Source: Monocercomonoides exilis PA203
Lineage: Eukaryota; Protista; Preaxostyla
Direction of reading: 5' to 3'
DNA length: 64,000 bases
Assembly: GCA_001643675.2 (NCBI GenBank)
Contig: LSRY02000034.1
Location: 930,001-994,000 of the forward strand
Of the stretch, positions 11,807 through 23,597 are shown one piece after another. Both the position numbers and the translations under genes were made by a program. The notes under the pieces are model-generated. The model worked only from the letters and a program-made list of their open reading frames with translations, did not search any database and was not told the DNA's origin. Position 1 is the first letter of the stretch, and every line of letters begins with the position of its first letter.

Positions 11807-14116
11807 TCATCCTCTTCTTCTTCAAATGCAAATGATAAAATGCTTGAAGAGACGTCAAAATCTCACAAACAGACAAAACCCCCCAAACCACCTCAAACAC
11901 CCAAGTCATCCAATCCCTCCAAGCAGAATAAGCAAATAAAGTCCATAAAGCCAATGAAACCAATCAAACAAATAAAGCCAATGAAACCAATGAAACCATC
12001 CAATGAGCCAAATGATTCAGATCTCCTTGATGCCCGTCCTCTGCTCACCACGCGCACAACACTCACGCTGGCGACACAAGCACTCGAAGTGCTGCCGGAC
12101 AGCTCGGCTGCTGTGGCTGAGACACACATCTTCACTCCCCTGGCAGTGCCCTTGCCCACACGCCGGCGGAAGAAGAGGCATTTCCAGAATGCGGTGCCGA
12201 ACTCGACGATCGGGATGATCATTGTGCTGTTTGTGATACTCACCATTGCGCTGCTGGTGGTGTCGGCGTCTGTGTCTGTGTTCACAATTGTGGTGCAGCC
12301 GTGGCCAGCGCGCGTGGGGCTGTCTGGGATGAGGGCGATTGCTGCACAGGAGATCCACTTTCTGACAACACAGGCGATGGTCCCGAACAAACAGAGGCTG
12401 CCGCTGAATGCGACGAGCGTGAGGGCGATGGCGGAGGAGATGGAGAGGGCGATGGAGGCGATGGAGGCGAGGGAAGGGGAGGTGAGGGGGAGCATGAAGA
12501 GGGCGTATCGGTCGTTGAGGCAGACGGAAAGGTTGATGGAAGAGGAAGAGGAAAAAGAAAAAGAAGAGGAGAAAAGAAGAGGAAGAGAAGGAAGTTATTT
12601 TGTTGATAACAATTCTGTTGAAAAAGAGAATGGATTGTTGGAAAACACACAAAATGAGAATATTTCCACAGACGCTTCACAAGCTATGGATATCAATTCA
12701 ATCAATTCAATCACTTCATTACCATCTGAATCATCATCATCATCATCATCTTCTTCTTCTTCTTCTTCTTCTTCATTGTCGTCTTCTTCGTCTTGTTTTA
12801 TTTCCACAGGCACCTCATCGGACACTTATCTTTCGTCTTTTCGTTCTTTGCCTTCAGACAATTCTGAAGACGATTCACATCCCATTTCACATTCCACTCC
12901 ACACACTTCACTTACAAGTGAACAACAACAATCGCATTCTCTTTCTTCTCTTTCTTCTTCTCTTTCTTCCTCAACTTCTTCCTTTTCCTCTTCTTCCTCT
13001 TCCTCCTTCACCTCTTCCACCTCTGTCCCTTCCAACATTGTTGTTGAGCTGCGCACGACCGACGGCTGGAAAGGGCTGGAGCACATGTCGCCCGACCTGA
13101 GTGTGGTGATGGCGTCTTACAAGGCGATGGGGATGTATTTGAGGAACATCCACGAGCTCTGCCGCTTCGGCAAGGACAAAGGCCGAAAGAGCGCAGACTC
13201 TGTGCTGGACTCGGTGAACATTGTGGACAAAGACACGACGAGTGTGGAGGGGCTGTTTGCCGAGCTGTACAGGGCGTCCACGTGCTATCTGCTGGACAGC
13301 GCTGAGTGCAAAGAGAAGCCGAACAGGCTGCCCACGACGGCGGTGGACGAGGGTGTTCCTCTGTTTGGGATTGAGCTGCTGCTGCAGAGGGTGCTGAAGG
13401 CGGTGGAGGAGATCAGCAGCATCGGGGTGCAGGGCGGGGCGCCGTATGCGGTGGATGGAGGGCACCCGTCAGTGGTGATGGTCAACACGCTGCTGAGGGA
13501 GGATCTGAGGGACGGGCTGGAGAAGCTGACGCGGCAGCTGACGGAGCAGTCGGTGGGGACGATCAAGAGCCTGGAGGTGTGGATATTTGTGGTGTCGGCG
13601 GTGGATCTGGTGCTGATAGTGGCGGTGTTTTTCTACATCACGTTCCATGTGCAGTCGCAGCTGGACCATGTTGCGTTCAAGACGCAGCGGATTGAGGAGC
13701 TTGTGCCGATTGAGGAGACGATGGCGATCCGGTGGGCGAAGGCGTTCAATTTGGGGGAGCAGAAGCTGGATGTGAATCATCGGCTGCTTCTGGACAGTGC
13801 AGCGCAGCTGGTGGACGAGCTAATCAAAGGCGAGGACAAGGCAGTGAGGCAGGCGGTACCGAACATGCGGCAGCTGCTGCACGGGCATCTGAAGGCAGAG
13901 GAGAAGATCATTGTGGCTGTGCAGCACCCGCGGGGCCCGCTGCTGGTGAAGCGGATGAAGGAGTTTAATGCGAAGTTTGATGAGCTGATACGGTGCTACG
14001 ACGACTCGCTGGATGTTACGGAGTCGATGTCTGCGCTGTTCAACTATTTCATCGATGTCCACATCATGGAAGACAACAAGATTCTCCACGAATTCCTGAA
14101 AGAAAAAAGAATGTGA
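6008..14116 (+). CDS. Large polytopic membrane protein, TmcB/TmcC-like (N-terminal multi-TM block, TPR-like region) with a C-terminal hemerythrin-like domain; exons 6008-6100 and 6158-14116
   Basis: The 2627-aa ORF is extended by an in-frame exon across a GT-AG intron (6101-6157). N-terminal TM helices include VDC..C..FPEIECW. TPR-like YRALLESHPFSIPVLRGYANLM. The C-terminus reads W..FNLG..LDVNH..HLKAEE..HIMED. Confidence 0.75.
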
Positions 14117-14744
14117 TTATTCAATGGTAAAATTTTTAGCATGTTTATAATTTATGATGAAACAAGATTTTGGATGTGTTTTATAAACATGATTGAGATA
14201 ATTGATTAATTTTTTCACAATTATAATGTCCATTCCGAAGTTTTATGTGATTCTTTATTGTTGTTCTTATTCTTTTTTAAAATTTTTAGGGTGGACTTTT
14301 TGTTGGCACTTTTTTATTTATTGTTACAATTCTTTTGAAAAACAAATTATGACGAATCTATGATATTTTTTAATTCAATTTTGGCATGTGAAAAATAGTA
14401 CAAAATGAAAAATTTTGCACTCATAATTATATATTTTTCGTGCTTCAACTGACATCATTTCACTTTCTAGCACACACAAAAAAAATTGAAGAAAACCTAA
14501 TTTACCGTATTCATTGATAATATCGTTTCTAAATCGATAATTTAAAGTTTGAGGGAACAATTTTTGATAACATCAAATAATCAAATTCATTTATATCATA
14601 CACTTATTCACAATACTCATTTGGATCAAATTGTCAAAATCGATAATTGTCTGTTCCTTGATCATTGTCATCATTTTCTTCTTTTTTTTCTTCACTCATC
14701 TTTTATTCTTGTCCTGAAAAAACCCTGTTCCATCTGTTCCCATC

Positions 14745-15551
14745 GATCGAGAACGGCGAGCTTTCGCGGCTGGTTGAACTTTCTGATCCGAATGTGGATG
14801 TTGTGTTTGTGTCATAAGAGGAGCTGTTGTACGACACGAAAGCCTATTTCAAAAAGCTTCTTGTTTCCAGGGCAGCGCAGCAGTCGTCTCTTCGCTCAGC
14901 GCCTTCGTCTTCTTCAACTGGAGCAGCACGCCGATCAACTTCGCCATTCCGGAGGCGGAGAAGCGACGAGAAGAAGGCAGCAGGAGATGATCAGCCATCA
15001 TCTTCATCAGCGCCTGCGATTGACCCTTCGGATGCATCTGCTGTGGCAACATCATACACGTCGGTAGGAGCGATGGACGATATCGAGAGGCGGCTGGGGT
15101 GTATGAAAATCAAAAGAAGTCGTAACTGAGGGAGCAACAGACGCTTCGAATGATTTGTTGTGGCGCGGAGGGCGGTGCTGTATGGGGGTGTTGTGTGTGC
15201 GTACGATGTGGTGCTTTCGGTGATGCTTTTGGTTCCGCTGGTGGCGCTGCTTTCGTTCACTTGCAGCATCAGTGTGCACGAAGTCATTAAGCAAGCGATT
15301 TTTGCAGCGGAAGATGTTAGAAGCATTCCCAACAATCTTCGATTAATTTATCGGTGATAGCGCGGCTGGAGTCTCGATCGCCACAGTTGAGGCGTGTGGC
15401 GGTGAAGCTGGATGATGAAGTGATGAGACGAGGGGTCGCAGTGCGTGAAGTGGGGGAGATTGTGGAGAAAGGGCTGGAGGCGGTGGGGCTGAGGATGGAG
15501 GATGAAGATCCTTCGCTGGGAGCGATTGCGCTGACGGAGGTGGAGGAGTGA
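14745..15551 (+). pseudogene. IQCH-like (ATP-grasp-like region) gene fragment, copy 1
   Basis: DPNVDVV..YFKKLL..RRAVLYGGVVCAYDV..IFAAEDV..VKLDDEVMRRG, with stops, frameshifts and deletions. Homologous to 37460-38330. Confidence 0.7.
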
Positions 15552-15679
15552 GAAGAAGAAGGAAAATGGATTAAGGAATTACATTGAAATAAAAAAGTGT
15601 GAAGAGACGAAAGGCGTAAGCTATTGTTCTTTGCGTTTACCGCAGTTTCACAATTCTTTATCCTTTCGGTTAGGGTTGT

Positions 15680-16560
15680 TTAGTCACATTGTTGAAATGG
15701 AAATTGAGATATGCTGCTGCCAATGAAGAACTCATCGTTTCCTCTTCCATTAGTTGCAGTGTTGCTATCAAAGAAACAGAAAGTGATGAATTTTATCCCG
15801 CTCATTTCGGGAAATGTCACTTCAGCAAAAATTCCAGCTCCGCCGCGTGTTGACGAATTTGTCAATTTGTTGTTTACAAACTGGCAATCATTAACCAAAA
15901 ATTGATTTGGTTTGTTGCTTGGAGGTAAATTGAATGTGAGAGAACCAGCAGAATCACCACCGGAATTTGAAATACACTTGCATTTGAAAAAAAGGAATTG
16001 ACTTGCTGAGGTTATATTATACACATTAAAATACCAACCAGTTCCAATAGTACCATATATTTTACAACCTTCAACTCTATTATCTGAAAATGAATAAACA
16101 GAAGATGATTTTTGACCATCAATACAAATTGCACCTCCGCGAGTAGCAGAACAGCTTGTGAAATTGGTTTTTGTAATATTATCATTTTGCAAACAGTAAC
16201 TGTATAACGCTCCTCCACCATTTCCATTTGTTGAACAATTGTTAAATGAACACAACGTGATTGTGAGATTTGCGTTTGTACAAGAAACACAAAGCGCTCC
16301 ACCATGACTTGAGCCACCATTTGAATCATTCCACTCACACCATTCGAATCAATGACTGTTCACACCAAAAAAATCCAATCTACCAGGTGATTTTCTTTGA
16401 GATTCAGATCCAATTTCCTTTACAGGGTCATATGGTGAAGAGTGTGTTTGGCTGAGGAAAGAGGTGTTGAAGACCGAGAGAGAAGAAGATGGGCTGTTGA
16501 GGTTGGTGAGGATGAAACAATTTATGTGATTATGAGAGCATTGGAAGAGAAAGAGAACGT
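15680..16560 (-). pseudogene. Fragment of a right-handed beta-helix (pectin-lyase/PMP-like GGA-repeat) surface protein
   Basis: CSFNNCS..GGGALY, FTSCSATRGGAICI, CQFVNN..RGGAGI, CFFDSNTATNGRGND. The frame is broken upstream. Confidence 0.6.
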
Positions 16561-17211
16561 TGTGAAAAGGATGGAAAAAAGGATAAAGAAGAAGAAGAAA
16601 AGGAATGCAAGTTAATAATCTGCTGCGCTTCATAAAGTGCACTTTTGAATTTATTTATATTTTAAATAATGAAATTGTTCAGGGTTTTTCAATTTCCCTT
16701 TATGAAGTTATTTAACCAAATTTAAGTCGCATCATCTGTGTTTTCTTCGATATAAACATGAAAATATTTGCGAAATTAATTTTCAACTCATAAACTTAGT
16801 TTTTCATATGTGTTTCATAACCTCAATTTGAAATATAATTGAAACATTTCCATTTCAAAATACAAAGATCAAATAATTTGAAAAATTGTATTAATTATTA
16901 TTTAACAAGCAATACAAAAAGCATCAATAATAATTATTGAAAAAAAACCTTTTTTAGCTTAATCGCAATGGATTTCAACATTAATTTGTATATAAATAGA
17001 CTTTATTTCAAATATATCCATTTTGCTTGTATTTAATTGGTTTATATAATATGTTGGATTTTTTAAAATTTCATCTTATGAAATAATTTGTTTGCTAATT
17101 TCATAAGATTTCAAAAAAGAAACATTGAAATAATTACAACTGATGTTTTCAAGCTGTTGCTTACCGATTCGATCAATGAACATATATTCTTGTTGCACAC
17201 ACTGAAAAATA

Positions 17212-18215
17212 TAGGGTGATTTTTTTATCAGGACATTTTTTTTAATCCGGACATTTTTTTTTATTGGCGTTTCTCAATAAATAAAAACTGGAAATAGAAA
17301 AAGCATATTGAACCAGGCTTGAATACGCATTAAATGTTCATACAAAAAATTTTTCTTTTCAATTTATGTTTTTGATGAAGATCTTGGGAATTTTAAATTT
17401 ATTTTTGATCATTTGTTTTGCCCATTTTGGACTATCTTTCTTTTTTTGTTTATTTTTAACAATAAGACCATGAAACATACATAAAGAAGTTTAATTATTC
17501 CAAATGTTTTATATTTTTCTGTATTTTTTCGTGAGTTTTTCTCATTTCATCGTTTTTGACAAAAATTATGAAAAATTGAAAATTTCTTATCTGTTACTAT
17601 ATATTTCGATTATATTTACAACATGCCATGTTAAAAAGATTAAAATACATGACATATTTAATTTGTTAGTTACACTAAATTAAATTAAAAATGAAACGAA
17701 CAAATATGTATTAATCAAAAACTGATTGATACAATTGTTGCAACAATACTTCACAAGGTTATAACCAAATAAAGACTTCATAAAAAAACTTTTCTTTTCA
17801 TAGACATCATTATAAATAACCTATAAACATCATATCTTGCAAAATTTTCAATTTTTCATAATTTTTGTCAAAAACGATGAAATGAGAAAAACTCACGAAA
17901 AAATACAGAAAAATATAAAACATTTGGAATAATTAAACTTCTTTATGTATGTTTCATGGTCTTATTGTTAAAAATAAACAAAAAAAGAAAGATAGTCCAA
18001 AATGGGCAAAACAAATGATCAAAAATAAATTTAAAATTCCCAAGATCTTCATCAAAAACATAAATTGAAAAGAAAAATTTTTTGTATGAACATTTAATGC
18101 GTATTCAAGCCTGGTTCAATATGCTTTTTCTATTTCCAGTTTTTATTTATTGAGAAACGCCAATAAAAAAAAATGTCCGGATTAAAAAAAATGTCCTGAT
18201 AAAAAAATCACCCTA
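17212..18215. mobile_element. Non-autonomous Tc1/mariner-type foldback element with ~374-bp TIRs
   Basis: TA|TAGGGTG...CACCCTA|TA. The arms 17212-17585 and 17842-18215 are near-perfect reverse complements around a ~256-bp spacer. No ORF. Confidence 0.85.
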
Positions 18216-18531
18216 TATTTTGTAAAAACTAATTGATCAAATGTTAAAATTTTAATTGCAATATTTCTTAATCACAAAAACTTAAATTTTTTTCGCTTCA
18301 AAATTAACAACTATCTTAATCAGGAAAATGAATTGCATTAATTTACAATGTGCACATTCGTTATAAACAATATTTCTATATTTACTGAAGATGACTATAT
18401 CATCGTATCTAACATTTCTCTTATCAGAAATTCTGTCCCACAATTGCATTTGATTTAAAATGATCTGATATTTCATTTAGAAAAAGGGTTCTTGATCAAT
18501 AAAAAACATCTCTCGATCATCACAAATCCAC

Positions 18532-21500
18532 ATGAGAAACGATGTTGATCCGATGAGTAATTGCGCTTCTGACAGATTGGAAATGAGCAAGTGGACAGAA
18601 TATAGCGGAACTTTTGGTGATAAAGATGGAAGAACAAAGGCAATGCATTATATCATTAACACCAAAACTGAACCTCCAGAAAGGATGAGGCACGATGTTA
18701 CTCTTGCTGATGATAACGGATGGACAATGGCAATGATATGGATAATATATATAAAAACAGAGCCACCGCAGTGGATGAGACACAAAGTTACATTGTGTGA
18801 TGTTCTAGGACAGACAATGGCCATGATATGGATTGCAAATGTCAAAACAGAGCCGCCAGAATGGATGAGGCACTATACTTCATTTACAGATGAGAATGGT
18901 GAAACAATGGCCATGCTCTGGATTGAAAATGTGAAGACAGAGCCACCAGAATGGATGAGACACGATATTACTCTTGTTGATGGCGAAGGACGCACAATGG
19001 TCATGTTATGGGTACAGAATGTTAATACAAAACCACCGAAGTGGATGAATTATGACAATACGCTTCGTGATGATGATGGAAGAACGGATGCAATGAATTG
19101 GGTTAAGGAGAAAAAAATTGAACCACCACAATGGATGAGACATGAAGTTACTCTTGCTGATAAATATGGACAGACAATGGCCATGTACTGGATTCGATAT
19201 GTGAAGACAGAACCACCAGTATGGATGAGACACGATATTACTCATGTTGATAGCGAAGGACGCACAATGACCATGCACTGGATTGCAAATATGAAGACTG
19301 AACCACCGAAGTGGATGAATTATGACAATACGATTAGAGATAAATATGGCAGAACAGATGCAATGAATTGGATCATGAAGAACAAAAATGAGCCACCAGA
19401 ATTCATGAGACACGATATTACTCTTGGTGATAAATATGGTAAAACAATGGCCATGATATGGATAGAAAATGTCAAAACAGAACCACCAGATTGGATGAGA
19501 CATGACAAAAAACTTACTGATAAGGAAGGACAGACAATGGCCATGTTCTGGATTGAAAATGTCAAAACAGAACCACCAGAATGGATGAGACATGATATTA
19601 CACTTGTTGATAACAACGGATGGACGATGGCCATGATGTGGATTTATCATGTCAAAGCAGAACCACCAGATTGGATGAGACATGATATAACGATTTCTCA
19701 AAAGGGTGAATGGACTATGGCAATGATATGGATTCATTTTATTCAAACAGATCCACCAGAATGGATGAGACATGACAAAACAATTGCTGATAGCAGTGGA
19801 CAGACAATGGCCATGTACTGGATTCAATATGTGAAGACAGAACCTCCGGAATGGATGAGACACGATATAACTCTTGTTGATGGAGAAGGAAGCACAATGG
19901 CCATGTACTGGATTCAATATGTGAAGACAGAACCTCCGGAATGGATGAGACACGATATAACTCTTGTTGATGGGGAAGGACGCACAATGGCCATGTACTG
20001 GATTGAAAATGTGAAGACAGAACCTCCAGAATGGACGAGATATCACATAACACTTTGTGATAAATATGGACAGACAATGGCCATGTACTGGATTCGATAT
20101 GTGAAGACAGAACCACCAGTATGGATGAGACACGATATTACTCATGTTGATAGCGAAGGACGCACAATGACCATGCACTGGATTGCAAATATGAAGACTG
20201 AACCACCGAAGTGGATGAATTATGACAATACGATTAGAGATAAATATGGCAGAACAGATGCAATGAATTGGATCATGAAGAACAAAAATGAGCCACCAGA
20301 ATTCATGAGACACGATATTACTCTTGGTGATAAATATGGTAAAACAATGGCCATGATATGGATAGAAAATGTCAAAACAGAACCGCCAGAATGGATGAGA
20401 CATGATATTTCAATAAAAGGAGACATTTGGCATCGAACAATGGCCATGTTCTGGATACAATATGTCAAAACAGAACCACCTGAATGGATGAAGCATGAAA
20501 TTACACTTGCTGATGAGTTCAGTTACACAATGGCCATGATATGGATTCAGTATGTTGAAACAGAACCACCAGATTGGATGAGGCATGATATTACACTTGG
20601 AAAAGGAAGATCCGGTACAATGGCCATGATATGGATTGAAAATATCAAAACAGGTCCACCAGAATGGATGAGACATGATATTACACTTGTTGGTAGCAGA
20701 GGAAAAACAATGGCCATGCACTGGATTGAATATGTGAAGACAGAGCCACCCAAGTGGATGAGGCATGACAAAACTCTTGCAGATAAGAATGGTGAAACAA
20801 TGGCCATGTACTGGATTGAAAATGTGAAGACAGAACCACCAGTATGGATGAGACATGGAATTACACTCGGAAAAGGAGAAAGTGAAACAATGGCTATGAA
20901 ATGGATTGAAAATGTCAAAACAGAACCACCAGAATGGATGAGACACGGAATTACTCTTGTAGATAACAGAGGACAGACAATGGCCATGCACTGGATTGAA
21001 TATGTGAAGACAGAGCCACCAGAATGGATGAGACATGATATTACAATAAATGGAGGTATTTTGGAACGAACAATGGCCATGTACTGGATTCGATATGTGA
21101 AGACAGAACCACCCGAATGGATGAGACACGATATTACTCTTGGTGATGAATATGGTAAAACAATGGCCACGACATGGATAGAAAATGTCGAAACTGAACC
21201 ACCAGAATGGATGAGACATGACAATACGATTAGAGATAAATATGGCAGAACAGATGCAATGAATTGGATCATGAAGAACAAAAATGAGCCACCAGAATTC
21301 ATGAGACACGATATTACTCTTGGTGATAAATATGGTAAAACAATGGCCATGATATGGATAGAAAATGTCAAAACAGAACCACCAGATTGGATGAGACATG
21401 ATATTACACTCGGAAAAGGAGAAAGTGGAACAATGGCCATGTTCTGGATTGAAAATGTCAAAACAGGTCCACCAGAATGGATGAGACATGACAAAACGCT

Positions 21501-22425
21501 TGCTGATAGCAGTGGACGGACAATGGCCATGTACTGGATTCAATATGTGAAGACAGACCCACCAGAGTGGATGAAACACGATATTACAATTAAAAATGGT
21601 TGGAGAAAACAGACAATGGCCATGTATTGGATTGAATATGTGAAGACAGAGCCACCAGAATGGATGAGACACGGAATTACTCTTGAAGATAACAGAGGAC
21701 AGACACAGGCCATGTATTGGATTGAAAATTTGAAGACAGAACCTCCGGAATGGATGAGACACGGAATCACTCTTGTAGATAACAGAGGACAGACAATGGC
21801 CATGTTCTGGATTGAAAATGTGAAAACAGAGCCACCAGAATGGATGAGACACGGAATAACGCTTGCTGATAAGGATGGATGGACAATGGCCATGTTATGG
21901 ATTCGATATGCGAAGAAAGAACCACCAGAATGGATGAGACACGATATTACTCTTTCCGATGAGAATGGTGAAACAATGGCCATGATATGGATTGAAAATG
22001 TCGAAACAGAACCACCAGAATGGATGAGACATGACAAAAAACTTACTGATAAGGAAGGACAGACAATGGCAATGCACTGGTTCGCAATATTCAAAACAGA
22101 ACCACCCAAGTGGATGAGGCATAGTAAAACAGTTGCTTATAAAGAAGGAAAAACAATGGCCATGCTCTGGATTGAATATGTGAAGACAGAGCCACCCAAG
22201 TGGATGAGGCATGACAAAACTCTTGCAGATAAGAATGGTGAAACAATGGCCATGTACTGGATTGAAAATGTGAAGACAGAACCACCAGTATGGATGAGAC
22301 ATGACAAAGAAATTGAAGGTGGGATTTGGGGACGAACAATGGCCATATATTGGATTGAATATGTCAAAACAGATCCACCCAGGTGGATGAGGACAAAACG
22401 ACCCAAGTGGATGAAGAAAGATTAA
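18532..22425 (+). CDS. Intronless 1297-aa tandem-repeat protein: 42 copies of a 30(31)-aa ankyrin-like unit DxxGxTMAMxWIxxVKTEPPxWMRHDxTLx
   Basis: Uninterrupted ORF with 90-nt periodicity; repeats counted by hand. Confidence 0.9.
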   Translation: MRNDVDPMSNCASDRLEMSKWTEYSGTFGDKDGRTKAMHYIINTKTEPPERMRHDVTLADDNGWTMAMIWIIYIKTEPPQWMRHKVTLCDVLGQTMAMIWIANVKTEPPEWMRHYTSFTDENGETMAMLWIENVKTEPPEWMRHDITLVDGEGRTMVMLWVQNVNTKPPKWMNYDNTLRDDDGRTDAMNWVKEKKIEPPQWMRHEVTLADKYGQTMAMYWIRYVKTEPPVWMRHDITHVDSEGRTMTMHWIANMKTEPPKWMNYDNTIRDKYGRTDAMNWIMKNKNEPPEFMRHDITLGDKYGKTMAMIWIENVKTEPPDWMRHDKKLTDKEGQTMAMFWIENVKTEPPEWMRHDITLVDNNGWTMAMMWIYHVKAEPPDWMRHDITISQKGEWTMAMIWIHFIQTDPPEWMRHDKTIADSSGQTMAMYWIQYVKTEPPEWMRHDITLVDGEGSTMAMYWIQYVKTEPPEWMRHDITLVDGEGRTMAMYWIENVKTEPPEWTRYHITLCDKYGQTMAMYWIRYVKTEPPVWMRHDITHVDSEGRTMTMHWIANMKTEPPKWMNYDNTIRDKYGRTDAMNWIMKNKNEPPEFMRHDITLGDKYGKTMAMIWIENVKTEPPEWMRHDISIKGDIWHRTMAMFWIQYVKTEPPEWMKHEITLADEFSYTMAMIWIQYVETEPPDWMRHDITLGKGRSGTMAMIWIENIKTGPPEWMRHDITLVGSRGKTMAMHWIEYVKTEPPKWMRHDKTLADKNGETMAMYWIENVKTEPPVWMRHGITLGKGESETMAMKWIENVKTEPPEWMRHGITLVDNRGQTMAMHWIEYVKTEPPEWMRHDITINGGILERTMAMYWIRYVKTEPPEWMRHDITLGDEYGKTMATTWIENVETEPPEWMRHDNTIRDKYGRTDAMNWIMKNKNEPPEFMRHDITLGDKYGKTMAMIWIENVKTEPPDWMRHDITLGKGESGTMAMFWIENVKTGPPEWMRHDKTLADSSGRTMAMYWIQYVKTDPPEWMKHDITIKNGWRKQTMAMYWIEYVKTEPPEWMRHGITLEDNRGQTQAMYWIENLKTEPPEWMRHGITLVDNRGQTMAMFWIENVKTEPPEWMRHGITLADKDGWTMAMLWIRYAKKEPPEWMRHDITLSDENGETMAMIWIENVETEPPEWMRHDKKLTDKEGQTMAMHWFAIFKTEPPKWMRHSKTVAYKEGKTMAMLWIEYVKTEPPKWMRHDKTLADKNGETMAMYWIENVKTEPPVWMRHDKEIEGGIWGRTMAIYWIEYVKTDPPRWMRTKRPKWMKKD

Positions 22426-22830
22426 TCAATATAAATGTGAAAGATCATTTCATTTGAAATGAAATTCGTTTTCTGAACTTCATCAAACCAACATTTCGCT
22501 GCATGTCTGAACAAAAGCCTTTGTCATTCATGAGATGAAATGTTTGATATTGGAGTGTTCTTTATTTCTTTTTTGAATTGATTTTCTCTCTTTCGATGGA
22601 CATTCGGACATGCTTCAAAAAAAACATTCTTTTTTGAATATCTTCTGTTGCCTTCTCATTGCTTTGATATCTTCTGTCAAGATGTGTGAATCATTTCACT
22701 TTTCGAATTTTTTATTTCTCAGATTCATCAAATGTGTTGATTTTCTTTTTCATTGGAATATCCAAATGCATGAGTTGATTGATTCAGATGAAATAATATT
22801 TTTTTCCATTCATTTCCATTTCACAATATT

Positions 22831-23597
22831 ACACCAAAAATTATTCAACATCGAAAAAGTTTAATTCAAGATCGAAAAAGTTTAAAACAACATCGAAAAT
22901 CTTTAATTCAACATGGAAAACTTTAATTCGAAATCGAAAAAGTTTAATTCGAAATCGAAAATATTTAATTCAACATCGAAAATTCTTAATTAGCAAAAAT
23001 TTTGAAAAAAATTTAAAAATTCATGCTCATGTCAGTTTCTTTTATTTCGAAGCAAGATCTGAAAATTTGTCAATTTCAATTTGAAAAATATTTTTTGATG
23101 TTTTTTTTGGTGTTTGATTGTGTGAAATAGTGGAAATAGGATAAAACTGAATTATGATTAAACTCTTCACATGTATTCAGGAGATAATGAGAAATTTTTG
23201 TGAAATATAAAAGTGATAGGATAGTTCATGATCTTATTTGGTGCGCAAAAAGACAGAATTATATCTCATTTATCGAATACGAAATGTTTTGAATTTCATT
23301 TATTGCATTGGAAGCTGATAAAATATAACATTTTCAATATTCAAAATGAGAAAAGAATAGATTGATATCAGTCTTCATCATGGAAAACAGGAGTAAAAAA
23401 CGAAAGAAAAACATTTCCAATTATTTAACATTTGCAATTATCAACATTTGTGTCAATGAAATTTGCTTGGTTTTGACTTGAATTGAAATTCTGAACAAAT
23501 TTTCTTTTTTTCGATTTTGAATTAAACATTTTCGATGTTGAATTAAATATTTTCGATTTTGAATTAAAGTTTTTCGATGTTGAATAATTTTTGGTGT
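22831..23597. mobile_element. Degenerate MITE/foldback with ACACCAAAAA...TTTTTGGTGT ends and subterminal ~21-bp tandem repeats
   Basis: The array (tttaattcaacatcgaaaaa-like) at 22831-22990 is inverted at ~23500-23597. The right portion recurs at 31188-31373. Confidence 0.6.

Noticed and set aside
18532-22425. CRISPR-like array or non-coding satellite; long antisense ORFs
   Set aside because: The 90-nt units keep one open frame with codon-type variation and no unique spacers. The antisense ORFs are shadows of the repeat.
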